Position numbers and translations under genes: made by a program | Shown here: positions 38,945-51,263 of the stretch, one piece after another | Numbering within the stretch: position 1 is the stretch's first letter | How the letters are laid out: the number at the start of each line of letters is the position of its first letter | The notes under the pieces: generated by a model | The model's input: the letters and a program-made list of their open reading frames with translations, nothing else | What the model was told of the DNA's origin: nothing | Databases searched by the model: none | NCBI GenBank assembly: GCA_023898465.1 | Contig: CP060223.1 | Span: 992,001-1,056,000, forward strand | DNA: 64,000 nt | Direction of reading: 5' to 3' | Source of the DNA: Candidatus Nomurabacteria bacterium | GTDB lineage: Bacteria > Patescibacteriota > Patescibacteriia > HK-STAS-PATE-3

Positions 38945-39584
38945 TGCGTAGCCAACGAACGCCTAGGTAAACAAATGGCGTTTCAATAATAGACATAGCG
39001 CATTTGAGCAACCAGTATGGCAAGATGAGACTGAAGAGGAAGCTGGCGTTATTTCCCAAACCTTTATCAAATGCGTAGAAGGCCAAGGTCATGAATACAA
39101 CTGTATCGACGAGTTGTGCCACGATATTAGAAAGGTTATTGCGTAACCACAAACCTTTGTCCTGCATTTTTTTTCGTAGGCGGGCAAAGACAGCTACATC
39201 AAGGAATTCAGCCAGAGCAAAAGCGATCAGACTAGCGGCGGAGATGCGAATTGATTGTACAAAGATAGTATCATAAGCTGCTTCGCTCCCAGAAAAACGA
39301 GTGGAGGGTGGCAAGCTGGTCGCCAGTGCAGTGAAGAGAAAAAGCAAGAAAATCATGAGTAGCCCAGCGCGGATAACGCTACGAGCTCGTTCGCTTCCGT
39401 ACACCTCAACAATGACGTCGTTAATGGTGAAGAGGATTGGAATCACAAAAATTGCTACGCTGGCATTCAGGGTGTAGGAGCCGAGGTGCAGCAATGGAAA
39501 AGTCTTGGCGCCCAGCAGCTCAGAGCACATGATGCAGAAGATGTAGATGGCGACCAGTAGGTCAAATTTGCGGATGGAAAACAT
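38883..39584 (-). CDS. YhhQ/DUF165-family (queuosine precursor / vitamin uptake transporter-like) membrane protein
   Basis: Six TM helices, FTINDVIVEVYG motif typical of YhhQ. Confidence 0.6.
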   Translation of the reverse strand: MFSIRKFDLLVAIYIFCIMCSELLGAKTFPLLHLGSYTLNASVAIFVIPILFTINDVIVEVYGSERARSVIRAGLLMIFLLFLFTALATSLPPSTRFSGSEAAYDTIFVQSIRISAASLIAFALAEFLDVAVFARLRKKMQDKGLWLRNNLSNIVAQLVDTVVFMTLAFYAFDKGLGNNASFLFSLILPYWLLKCAMSIIETPFVYLGVRWLRNDKTPSKPSTLPTAEASAEV

Positions 39585-39714
39585 CTCGCCAAGTTTATCA
39601 GTGAGCTCTCAGAAAAGCAAGTAATATTGACAAGCTGCAGTTGTGTTGTTAAATTGTCGTGTCGTTCATTAAGATTTCTTTTTTCCACGTGCCCTGACTA
39701 GAGGAGGTAAGGCC

Positions 39715-40329
39715 GTGCATTGGAACTTTGGGCCCCGATTCGGCACCCCGGGGAAAACGTTTCAGAGGTATCAGGTGATTCTGACTGAAGAGCAGGAAGA
39801 GCGTCTGGCCGGTACCTGCTTCCGCCCTACTCACGCGGCATTGTCGGGACGGATCATGCGAGCTGGCTTTGCTTGTTTGCTTTTCTCTGAGGACTTGTGC
39901 GAACAGATCCTGGGAAAGATCGAGGAACAGATCCGGTTCTTGATTCCGGTACCGTGGCGTGGCTACACGTTTCGTCTTTCCGTGAGCAGTGTTGGGCCGA
40001 TTGGTTGGACCTCAACCATTACCAAGGAGCACCTGCTCTGGCGCAGTTTGCAGCCGCGGTATATGGAGCTCTTTCAGATCAACAAGCATGCAAACGGGTA
40101 TCGGGTACGACCGGCTTACCATGATCGTTTCCCGGCACCTCTGACGAGCGTGATCACCATGGCCACTACCATTCGCTGGAATCCGATTGATGCGAGATGG
40201 AACGTGTATGTCGAGACGGTGTACCCGGGAGTTGACATTGGACCCCTGCGTGCTCCCAGTTGTAGCTCTCGGATGATCAGGGATGTGAAGTTTTGGGATT
40301 GGAATGCGCCCGGCCAGCCGCTTAGCTGA
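39715..40329 (+). CDS. hypothetical protein (GC-rich ORFan, GTG start)
   Basis: GAGGAGGTAAGG RBS; 204 aa; no recognisable family. Confidence 0.45.
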   Translation: MHWNFGPRFGTPGKTFQRYQVILTEEQEERLAGTCFRPTHAALSGRIMRAGFACLLFSEDLCEQILGKIEEQIRFLIPVPWRGYTFRLSVSSVGPIGWTSTITKEHLLWRSLQPRYMELFQINKHANGYRVRPAYHDRFPAPLTSVITMATTIRWNPIDARWNVYVETVYPGVDIGPLRAPSCSSRMIRDVKFWDWNAPGQPLS

Positions 40330-40381
40330 GCGTGAAAGAATCGTAACGAAGCCTTATCCTACTTGGATGAGGCTTCTTTCT

Positions 40382-40888
40382 CTATCTTAATATACGCCGA
40401 ATTTTTGGTAGCGCCTCAAGCATATGCTTAAAAGCTATATTTTCAGGCGTATGATCAATCGGAATCCACTCATAGCCATCAACATCATCAGATGGTTGAA
40501 TGTTCTGATCAAGTAATTCGCAGTAGTAGTAGAGATTGAGTACTTTTGTTCCATCACTAACACTTGGATGCTGATAGGTATCAATGTAAGAGCCAAGGTA
40601 ATCTCGAACCTCCACATCAACTTTGAGTTCCTCTTTGCACTCTCGCAGTATGCATGATTCGCCACTTTCACCGTTGTCGAGAAAACCACCAGCAAAATCT
40701 AGACATCCTTTCCGTGGTTCACGAGCACGTCGGACGTAAAGCAGTTTTCCATTTTGATAAAAAATACCCACAGTGGCTGGAATGGGATTATGAAACTGCA
40801 TAGTATTGCATTGGCTGCAGCGGAGATGTTGTCCATCAAATTGTACGAGTCGTCCACCACAGTACATGCAAAATTGTCGTGTGCGCAT
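40382..40888 (-). CDS. NUDIX hydrolase with N-terminal C4 zinc ribbon (NudC-like)
   Basis: CMYCGG...CSQCN zinc ribbon, Nudix box GGFLDNGESGESCILRECKEELKV; AT-rich versus neighbours; start at internal MRTRQF. Confidence 0.75.
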   Translation of the reverse strand: MRTRQFCMYCGGRLVQFDGQHLRCSQCNTMQFHNPIPATVGIFYQNGKLLYVRRAREPRKGCLDFAGGFLDNGESGESCILRECKEELKVDVEVRDYLGSYIDTYQHPSVSDGTKVLNLYYYCELLDQNIQPSDDVDGYEWIPIDHTPENIAFKHMLEALPKIRRILR

Positions 40889-41010
40889 AGCCCTAGTGTA
40901 CTGCGGAAATGGTTTTGCGAAAAGAGCAAGGATTGACAAAATTGCGATTTTGAGGTAATAAATGAAATAGATACAACACCATTGTCCTTTGACAGAAAAG
41001 GAGGCAGCCG

Positions 41011-41544
41011 ATGCGTAAATCGCTTGCTTTTTTGTTGTTTGTCTTGGCTCTCTGCCTGGCTCACTTGCCTGCTCGCGTTTACGCGGAAGGCTGCAACGGC
41101 CAGAAGTGGTGCGTCGAGACATCGGAGTTCGCTTTTCGATTGGGTGAATACCCGATCGAGATCGACCGCCTGCGTCACTTGGAAGAAAAGGGTGCGCCAG
41201 ACATGGCGAGTACCATCCGGTACATTCTCCAGCATCCGAAAACCATCACGTATATCGGGTGGATTCGCCCGACTCCTGAGATGCACTATCTCAGCCTACG
41301 GTGGAACGTCGGTCTCCAGCTCAAGAGCGGCGAAGTCATTTGGGCTCAGCAGTGGATCTACGAAGAGAATGGTCACATGGTTCAGAGTGATCCAGGAAAC
41401 TTGCATTTCTCACCCATTTCTAGCGGTAGGAGTGGCGAGAACAATCAAGGAAAGTCCTACCTCGCTTTTGTGGTTTTCCCGGAGCGGAAGGCCGACGGAA
41501 AGGATTGGAAAGACAAGGAAGTCGCGGGATTGGTATTCGAGTAA
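41011..41544 (+). CDS. hypothetical secreted protein
   Basis: AAAGGAGG RBS; signal peptide MRKSLAFLLFVLALCLAHLPARVYA. Confidence 0.5.
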   Translation: MRKSLAFLLFVLALCLAHLPARVYAEGCNGQKWCVETSEFAFRLGEYPIEIDRLRHLEEKGAPDMASTIRYILQHPKTITYIGWIRPTPEMHYLSLRWNVGLQLKSGEVIWAQQWIYEENGHMVQSDPGNLHFSPISSGRSGENNQGKSYLAFVVFPERKADGKDWKDKEVAGLVFE

Positions 41545-41631
41545 CCCCGGTTTCGTGGCGTCATCATGATAGACACATCGTGAGCCACGGAAGAAACGCA
41601 GTCCGACGACTGCACAAGAAGGAGAGCGGAG

Positions 41632-41847
41632 ATGAAGAAGCTTTTGATCTCTCTGTCGGCGATTGCGCTCCTCGCCAGCCCGGCCGTGATCCCGAAGGTC
41701 GATGTGGCTGACAACGGAAGCGTCGAGATCAGTCAGAGCGGTGACGCTCAGGCCTGGAATCTCGTTCTCATCATGTGTAAGGAGTTGCACGTCGATGAGA
41801 TGTGCGATCTCTACGACCACGGTGTGGACGAGGGCTGGTGGAACTAG
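41632..41847 (+). CDS. hypothetical small secreted protein (71 aa)
   Basis: AAGGAGAG RBS; signal peptide MKKLLISLSAIALLASPA; Cys pair in the mature part; followed by a strong terminator. Confidence 0.45.
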   Translation: MKKLLISLSAIALLASPAVIPKVDVADNGSVEISQSGDAQAWNLVLIMCKELHVDEMCDLYDHGVDEGWWN

Positions 41848-41863
41848 CCATCGACGGGCTACC

Positions 41864-41915
41864 GCGCCGTATTCTTCTCGCTTACTAGCGAAGAGAGTGC
41901 GGCGCTTTTTCTTTT
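41864..41915. terminator. bidirectional terminator (nested hairpin GCGCCG...CTTCTCGCT/AGCGAAGAG...CGGCGC + TTTTTCTTTT) overlapping the folD stop codon
   Basis: Seen directly. Confidence 0.6.
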
Positions 41916-42745
41916 ACTATAAACGCCTCTACCGTGCTCTGCAGCAACATTGCGACAGTTACAGGACCAACGCCACCAGGTACCGGACTGCGCCAGGCAG
42001 CCACACCTTCAACACTCTCAGCATCAACATCTCCAGTCACGCTCCCATCAGGCATTTCGTTTATTCCTACGTCGATCAGTATGCTCTTGGGTTTAAGCAT
42101 GTCACCCCGGAGGTATTTAGACTTCCCTGCAGCAATAATAACGACGTCGGCTTTTTTTACATCATCAACTTGCATTTCATCAGCTCGTTGCGCGCTCACT
42201 TGTAAGCCTACGCTTTCTAGTGCTTTACGCATGGGTAGGAAAAAGGTGTCAGAGTAAGCTAAAACCAGCGCCTCTTTGTTATTCATTTGCTCATCGGTTT
42301 TTTGTAGAAGCGCCATAATGCTGCGAATCAGGCTGGGCGCTTGACCGCTCTGTCCAGTCAGGTAGCGCTCTACATTCATTGGATGAAAGCCATCCACATC
42401 TTTACGCCAGTCTATGGCCTGGGTGATACGATCTTCATTCAAGTGCGAAGGCAAAGGCAGCTGCACCACAATGCCGTGCACTTTTGCGTCACTATTCAAC
42501 TCTTCGAGCTTTCGTAGTACATCAGCCTCATTTGCATCAGCTGGAAATCGATGGAGCGCAAAATGAATGCCGAGTTTTTCGCAGGCTCGCTCTTTTACTT
42601 TCACATATACCTCAGAAGCCGGATCATTGCCAACTAGGATAATAGCTAAACCAGGCGTGCCTGAGATTTTAGCAAGTTGCGCGGCAGTACGATCGGTAAT
42701 TTCTTTGGCCAGTGCTCGGCCATCAATGAGTTGGGTTGTGAACAT
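41885..42745 (-). CDS. folD: bifunctional methylenetetrahydrofolate dehydrogenase/methenyl-THF cyclohydrolase
   Basis: IDGRALAKEI...LAIILVGNDPASEVYVKVKE...GVGPVTVAML. Confidence 0.9.
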   Translation of the reverse strand: MFTTQLIDGRALAKEITDRTAAQLAKISGTPGLAIILVGNDPASEVYVKVKERACEKLGIHFALHRFPADANEADVLRKLEELNSDAKVHGIVVQLPLPSHLNEDRITQAIDWRKDVDGFHPMNVERYLTGQSGQAPSLIRSIMALLQKTDEQMNNKEALVLAYSDTFFLPMRKALESVGLQVSAQRADEMQVDDVKKADVVIIAAGKSKYLRGDMLKPKSILIDVGINEMPDGSVTGDVDAESVEGVAAWRSPVPGGVGPVTVAMLLQSTVEAFIVKEKAPHSLR

Positions 42746-42747
42746 GA

Positions 42748-43977
42748 TTACAACTCAGGATAGAGTGGGAAGGCGGCAGTTAATTCCTCTACCATTTGTA
42801 TTGTCTGCTTTTGCTGCTCCTCGCTCTTTGGATTCTTGAGCAGTGCGGCAATAGCCTGACCAATGCGAGTGAACTCAGCTTCTTTCATGCCTCGGGTAGT
42901 CAGTGCAGGAGAGCCTAAACGGATTCCTGACGGATCCATAGGCTTGCGCGGATCATCCGGGATCATGTTTTTATTCAAAGTAATGTGAACGCTGTCGAGT
43001 AATTCCTGGGCTTCTTTACCGCCTAAACCAAGCGGAGTGACATCAGCCAGGATAAGGTGATTTTCCGTGCCACCAAACATTATGCGCATACCACCTTCTT
43101 GTAATGCATTGCAGAGTGCCTGTGCGTTCAACTTAATTTGCTTCGCGTAGTCTTTAAACTCAGGAGTAAGCGCTTCTCCAAAAGCAACAGCTTTCGCCGC
43201 AATGTTATGTTCATGCGGACCGCCCTGCATACCAGGGAAGACTGCTTTATCAATTGCTTTGGCATGTTGCTCTTTGCACATAATCATACCGCCGCGAGGT
43301 CCGCGTAGGGTTTTGTGCGTAGTGGTAGTAACGACATCAAAGAGCGGCACTGGATTCGCCATTTCTCCAGCAGCAATTAATCCGGCAATATGGGAAATAT
43401 CGGCCATGGTCAGCGCGCCAACCTCATCAGCAATTTTTTTTACCCGCGCATATTCAATTTCTCGCGAATAAGCAGAGTAGCCAACCAGGATGAGTTTCGG
43501 ATGATGCTCTTTTGCCAATCGCTCCATTTCTTCGTAATCGATCTGTCCCTCGGCGGTTGTTTTGTAGCGAATGAAGTTAAACAGTTTAGCCATCCAGGTC
43601 ACCGGATGTCCGTGGGTGAGGTGACCGCCATGACTGAGGTCCATACCTAGCACTGTGTCGCCCGGTTCCAGCAAGGCAGAGTACACCTCGATATTTGCTG
43701 GTGCGCCTGAGAGGGGTTGCACATTCACATGCTCGGCGCCAAAAAGCTGTTTAGCTCGGTCAATCGCCAACTGCTCAACCGTATCGACATGTTCGGTACC
43801 GCCATAATAGCGTTTACCAGGATAGCCTTCGGAATATTTATTTGTGAGCACAGAGCCGAGTGCCTCAAGTACAGCCAAGGAAACAAAGTTCTCGGATGGA
43901 ATCAATTCAAGGCCGTGGCGCTGGCGTTCCAGCTCAGCCTTGATGGCTTCTTGGATAATTGGGTCGTGGGTTTGCAT
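42748..43977 (-). CDS. glyA: serine hydroxymethyltransferase
   Basis: [14 protein letters not shown]-binding [14 protein letters not shown]. Confidence 0.95.
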   Translation of the reverse strand: MQTHDPIIQEAIKAELERQRHGLELIPSENFVSLAVLEALGSVLTNKYSEGYPGKRYYGGTEHVDTVEQLAIDRAKQLFGAEHVNVQPLSGAPANIEVYSALLEPGDTVLGMDLSHGGHLTHGHPVTWMAKLFNFIRYKTTAEGQIDYEEMERLAKEHHPKLILVGYSAYSREIEYARVKKIADEVGALTMADISHIAGLIAAGEMANPVPLFDVVTTTTHKTLRGPRGGMIMCKEQHAKAIDKAVFPGMQGGPHEHNIAAKAVAFGEALTPEFKDYAKQIKLNAQALCNALQEGGMRIMFGGTENHLILADVTPLGLGGKEAQELLDSVHITLNKNMIPDDPRKPMDPSGIRLGSPALTTRGMKEAEFTRIGQAIAALLKNPKSEEQQKQTIQMVEELTAAFPLYPEL

Positions 43978-44818
43978 CGGACTTGAGTGTAGAATGCTCT
44001 GGGCGGACTGGCAAGGGATAGCGTTTCTGGCTAATACGAATGAGCATCCAGAAACCGAGCAGGATAAAAAGTGCGCTCACAATGAGCGGCAGACGTATAC
44101 CGATAATATGTGGCGTTGCATCAAAGCGAAAGAGCTCGGCTGCAAAACGGCCAACTCCATAGAGTAGGAAAAAGAGGGCGGTAACAACCCCAATCGCTGT
44201 GTCATTTTGACGTTTTCGTTCCAGCCAAATAAAGCCAAGTAGTAGCACTACACCGAAAAGATCAATGAGCGATTCATAAAGGAAGACCGGATGAAAGTAG
44301 CTGGCGTTGATATAGCTTTCTGGTCGAAGTGATTCAGCAATTGGAATGCCCCAAGGCAAGCTTGTTGGTCGTCCAAATAACTCTTGATTAAAATAGTTTC
44401 CCCAACGCCCAATACTTAAGCCCAGGAGTACGCCAGGCGCCAGGAGGTCCGTCAGGCGAAGGAGGGGAAGTTGCAAGCGCCTTGCTCCATAATAGAGCAC
44501 TAGTAATCCGACAAGTATGCCACCATGGATAGCCAGGCCGCCCTGCCAAATTTGGAATATGTCACCTGGGTGTTGCCAATAGTACACGGGTTCGTTCAGC
44601 ACGTGATAGAGCCGCGCGCCAATGAAGCCGAGAAAGGCAGTGAGCAGGAGGAGGTCGGTCAGTCGGCCGAGCGGGATATTTCGCTTACGAGAAAGGAGGT
44701 AGGTAATAAAATACGCGCTCAGCATGCCCAGACTTAAGCAGAGTCCGTACCAGCTAATAGAGATATTTCCTAGCGTAAAAGCGACGGCATTGGGAAGTGT
44801 TTCGTGGAGGAAATCCAT
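43934..44818 (-). CDS. lgt: prolipoprotein diacylglyceryl transferase
   Basis: GIHGGILVG...[15 protein letters not shown] signature. Confidence 0.85.
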   Translation of the reverse strand: MDFLHETLPNAVAFTLGNISISWYGLCLSLGMLSAYFITYLLSRKRNIPLGRLTDLLLLTAFLGFIGARLYHVLNEPVYYWQHPGDIFQIWQGGLAIHGGILVGLLVLYYGARRLQLPLLRLTDLLAPGVLLGLSIGRWGNYFNQELFGRPTSLPWGIPIAESLRPESYINASYFHPVFLYESLIDLFGVVLLLGFIWLERKRQNDTAIGVVTALFFLLYGVGRFAAELFRFDATPHIIGIRLPLIVSALFILLGFWMLIRISQKRYPLPVRPEHSTLKSDANPRPNYPRSHQG

Positions 44819-44908
44819 AGCTCAAGTGTAGCACGCTTGCGAATCTCTGCACTTCGCGCTACCTTAGGGCATGTCTGCCTACGCGAAGCCGCTTTGGCAG
44901 ACGGGCAC

Positions 44909-44994
44909 GCCGGAGTGGTGAAATGGCAGACACGCCAGGTTTAGGACCTGGTGGGAGCAATCCCGTGGAGGTTCAAGTCCTCTCTCCGGCACCA
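44909..44994 (+). tRNA. tRNA-Leu (anticodon TAG), long variable arm
   Basis: Acceptor GCCGGAG/CTCCGGC, anticodon loop TTTAGGA, variable arm, T-arm GGTTCAAGTCC, CCA. Confidence 0.85.
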
Positions 44995-45012
44995 CGGCCC
45001 ATCGCGGGCTGC

Positions 45013-45051
45013 GGCTTCCGTAGATTCAAACAAGTTGAATCTACGGAAGCC
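45013..45051 (+). other. perfect 17 bp hairpin (GGCTTCCGTAGATTCAA-ACAAG-TTGAATCTACGGAAGCC) immediately 3' of tRNA-Leu
   Basis: Seen directly; no T-run follows directly. Confidence 0.6.
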
Positions 45052-45066
45052 TCCACCCGCGTGTGC

Positions 45067-45104
45067 CTCTTCGTCTCGCGCTTAACCCTTCGGGCCCAAG
45101 TCTT
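45067..45104 (+). repeat. copy A of about 38 nt tRNA-downstream motif (...CTTAACCCTTCGGGCCCAAGTCTT)
   Basis: Near-identical copy B at 61938..61975 downstream of the tRNA-Cys/tRNA-Gly pair. Confidence 0.6.
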
Positions 45105-45170
45105 GAATATACATACAAAACAAGGTCAGCGCGCTGCTGGCCTCTTTCTTTTTCCCGTAATGTGAGCGCA

Positions 45171-45896
45171 CTACGCTTTGGCGAGCGTATCGTCCTTCTT
45201 ATCCTCACTCTCCTTTGTTGCTGTTTCTTTCATTTCAGCAAAGTGTGCATCTAGGAATCGATTCAGGGCAGTACGGAGAGCGTTGGCCTGCGGTTTTGCT
45301 TCAAAGATTTTTACAATATCCTCTTTTACCTCCGCCCAAAGTTCCTTACTTACCTGGGACTCATATCGCAAAATATCTGGCAACGCATTTTTTTGCCAAC
45401 TGATTAGAGCGCGACCGCTTCGATTTTTTTCACTTAACTCATCGCGCAATCGCATGAGCTCATTGCGTAATTCACTTCGATAATAGCGACGATGAATGCG
45501 TCGGTGGCGTTCGTCCTTCAGCACGCTGAAAAGGAAGAGAAGCAACCAACCTGCGCCAAGTAGCACCACGCCAAAGAGTAGTGCTTGGAGCCAGCCAGCG
45601 CCAACCATTTCCATGAGGGTGGTTGAGAAGAGGAAGGAAAATCCTGCCACAATCATAGCTAGGCCATTTCGGGTAGCCCGACGTTCCGCTAAAAGATTCA
45701 CAGCCGCAAAGGGATTCTGGCCATAGAATCCGCGTGTCTCATCTTCAATCTGTTGAGGAGATTTTACCAAACTGAAACTGAGGAGAATACCTCCGATAAA
45801 CTGCATGCCAAGTCCGATAAGTTGCAGTGCTTCCATAACAATAGTATAGCGATTTTTTATTGAGAACCCAAATGCGCTATACTGCAAATGAGACAT
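45171..45896 (-). CDS. hypothetical membrane protein with C-terminal coiled-coil/charged region
   Basis: Several TM helices, then a charged region RHRRIHRRYYRSELRNELMRLRDEL. Confidence 0.45.
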   Translation of the reverse strand: MSHLQYSAFGFSIKNRYTIVMEALQLIGLGMQFIGGILLSFSLVKSPQQIEDETRGFYGQNPFAAVNLLAERRATRNGLAMIVAGFSFLFSTTLMEMVGAGWLQALLFGVVLLGAGWLLLFLFSVLKDERHRRIHRRYYRSELRNELMRLRDELSEKNRSGRALISWQKNALPDILRYESQVSKELWAEVKEDIVKIFEAKPQANALRTALNRFLDAHFAEMKETATKESEDKKDDTLAKA

Positions 45897-46080
45897 TCCT
45901 TACCGAGCCATCGTGCTGGTTTCACAAAAAAACGTTCGATCGATTTCACGTCCTCCTCTTATCCGCTCCTTTTTTCTCGGCTCATGATGTCTCATTTGAC
46001 TGCGTAAGGTAGCCCACTGACCTTGCGTAGTTTTTTTATAGAAAAAGTCCCGCCTCATTGCGTGAAGCGGGACTCGTAGG

Positions 46081-46911
46081 TCAGGACAGATGGAGACGTC
46101 GCATCAGCGATGGGATCGCCAGAGGAAGGTCATCGTCAGACAGTTTGGCAAGCTCAGGTAGAGCACCCTTAATCGCATGAAGTATGCGAGGCATCTTTTC
46201 AGAGGCGACACCGATTACCTTATCCTGCGTCGTTCCTTCATCAGGCTTGTCAGTGATGAGACAGACCGGGGTGACAGCCATGCCCAGTTCCCTGCCCAAG
46301 AATGCCTCGGGTAGAACAGTGAGCATGCCAGCAATCGTCACGCCGAGTGCGCGCATGCGTTTCACATCAGCGCGGGTTTCGAACTTTGGTCCGCGAATCA
46401 CCTCAAGTGTTCCGAAATCACGCCACCCAATACCCTGCTGGGTGAGGTGATTGCTTACTTCGTGGTGCAGCATAACACTGAATGGATTCGGCATGTCGCC
46501 GAAGAACTCGGGACCGTCGTCGGGTTCGGCGAAGCTCAGTCTGCCAAAGCATGGCGTAATACATTGGTTAGGTAAGACGACCTGACCAATGTATGTCTTG
46601 TCTGCTACTCCTCCCACGAGACTCGTGCCGATGATCCGACGAACACCTATCTTCGCTAGAGCAGCGATGTAGATACGATGATCGATGAACTGGGGGAGTA
46701 TGTAATGTCCCGACTTGAGCGTTCGCCCGTACCCATGTCGGTTTACATGGGCAATCGGGATGTCGCCGACTCGGAAGACCTGAACGAACACGTTTCCACC
46801 TGTCGGAGGGTTCATCTCGTATTCTTGGTAGTCACCAAAGACGCTCTGCAGATCGTGCGCTCCAGTCCCTGTAGTAAGGGCAAAGCGGCAAAGAGGCGGT
46901 TGATGAGACAT
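46081..46911 (-). CDS. 5'-methylthioadenosine / purine nucleoside phosphorylase family protein
   Basis: RHGYGRTLKSGHYILPQFIDHR..., GTLEVIRGPKFETRADVKRMRALGVTIAGMLTVLPEAFLGRELGMAVTPVCLITD match MTAP/PNP family blocks; AGGAGGAG RBS; GC-rich. Confidence 0.75.
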   Translation of the reverse strand: MSHQPPLCRFALTTGTGAHDLQSVFGDYQEYEMNPPTGGNVFVQVFRVGDIPIAHVNRHGYGRTLKSGHYILPQFIDHRIYIAALAKIGVRRIIGTSLVGGVADKTYIGQVVLPNQCITPCFGRLSFAEPDDGPEFFGDMPNPFSVMLHHEVSNHLTQQGIGWRDFGTLEVIRGPKFETRADVKRMRALGVTIAGMLTVLPEAFLGRELGMAVTPVCLITDKPDEGTTQDKVIGVASEKMPRILHAIKGALPELAKLSDDDLPLAIPSLMRRLHLS

Positions 46912-47036
46912 GATTCTCCTCCTAAGGTTTGCGCTTTCAAGGATCTTTCTTTCTCTTAGCATGGCGAAATAAGAGCTTACAAGTACCATTGTCCACATTT
47001 TATTGACATGTACGCATAAAATATGGCGAAATACCC

Positions 47037-47066
47037 CTTGACAAGGCTTTTCGGCAGCAGTATACT
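47037..47066 (+). promoter_or_regulatory. near-consensus sigma70 promoter CTTGACA-17-TATACT with no downstream ORF
   Basis: Seen directly; divergent from the MTAP-like gene. Confidence 0.45.
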
Positions 47067-47162
47067 GTCTGCGCATTATTCAATCGTAGCTTTTCACGAT
47101 ATGACTCAGTTACTTACTCCTAATACTACCGTCGGCTAATACCGAGCCTTTTTCGTTCGGTT

Positions 47163-47186
47163 GCGCCGCCGGAAGGCGGTTTTTTA
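47163..47186 (+). terminator. intrinsic terminator CCGCC-GGAA-GGCGG + TTTTTT
   Basis: Seen directly, about 100 nt downstream of the orphan promoter. Confidence 0.55.
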
Positions 47187-47702
47187 GTCCTCAGGCCCTT
47201 TCACAACTGGAATATCGAGATATAAAGCTGGTCGACAGCACGCTGTCCATCAACTTTGTACCTTGAATTGTCGAGAGGGAGTTAGCCAGCTGGCTATATG
47301 GGACGTGGTCCCTGACGCTTGAGCTGACCCGGTCTAATGCTGACCCCTTTCGCTGTTGCGCCAGACTATCGGATTTCGGCAGTGGATCCATCCCCGGGAA
47401 AAACTCTGAAAACCTCTCTAGTCCGGCGTAACTCTTCGACTGCACTGCAACACCCCTCCTTATGTTGGCTGGTAGTTCCAAATCCCATCCTTCCTAAAGA
47501 CGTGTTGCAGTGCAGTCCCTTTTTCTCCCTTGAACTGATGCGGGAATGACTCGATCTCGATTGTGTCGTTCCCGTGTCTGCTCAAGGCATGAACCTTGAA
47601 AACTGAATGATGATGCGGATAACCCAAATATCTACACATGTTAGTTAGTAAGTTAGTTTAGTTAGTGTTTCGTAACGGAAGAATTCTTAATTCTAACGTT
47701 AC

Positions 47703-50790
<3,088 letters not shown>

Positions 50791-51036
50791 ACATTAGAGT
50801 TTGGAATAACGAATGCAACAAACATTGACATTCGAGTTATTCCGCGTCATCATTCTTTGCAGCTATGGAAAGACTTAAGCAATTTCGTGTCAGTCTGAGT
50901 CTGATTATCCTCGGATTGGTAGTAACGGCCTTTGTTGGAATCGTTTTAGCCGTCTCGCCAGCCACGTTAATTGGTCCACAATAGTCCTATTCATGAGGGG
51001 CCGGTGGGTAGTAATTCGTCCTAGGCGGATTACTAG

Positions 51037-51152
51037 CCTCCGGTGCTTCAAGCGATGAGGTCACACCCGATCCCATTCCGAACTCGGTCGTTAAGCTCAT
51101 CAGCGCTGATGATACTACGGGGCATACCGTTGGGAAAGTAAGCCAGTGCCGG
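51037..51152 (+). rRNA. rrf: 5S ribosomal RNA
   Basis: CCGATCCCATTCCGAACTCGGTCGTTAAGC...GGGAAAGTAAGCCAGTGCCGG matches the 5S core. Confidence 0.75.
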
Positions 51153-51263
51153 TTTATCAAGAAACTCTTGGAGAAATTCAGGAGTTTTTTGTTTTTTTGC
51201 CCGTGTGCTAGGCTGTAAATAAGGATGTCGGGGATAGTTCTTTGGAAAAGGAGGACAGGACGC

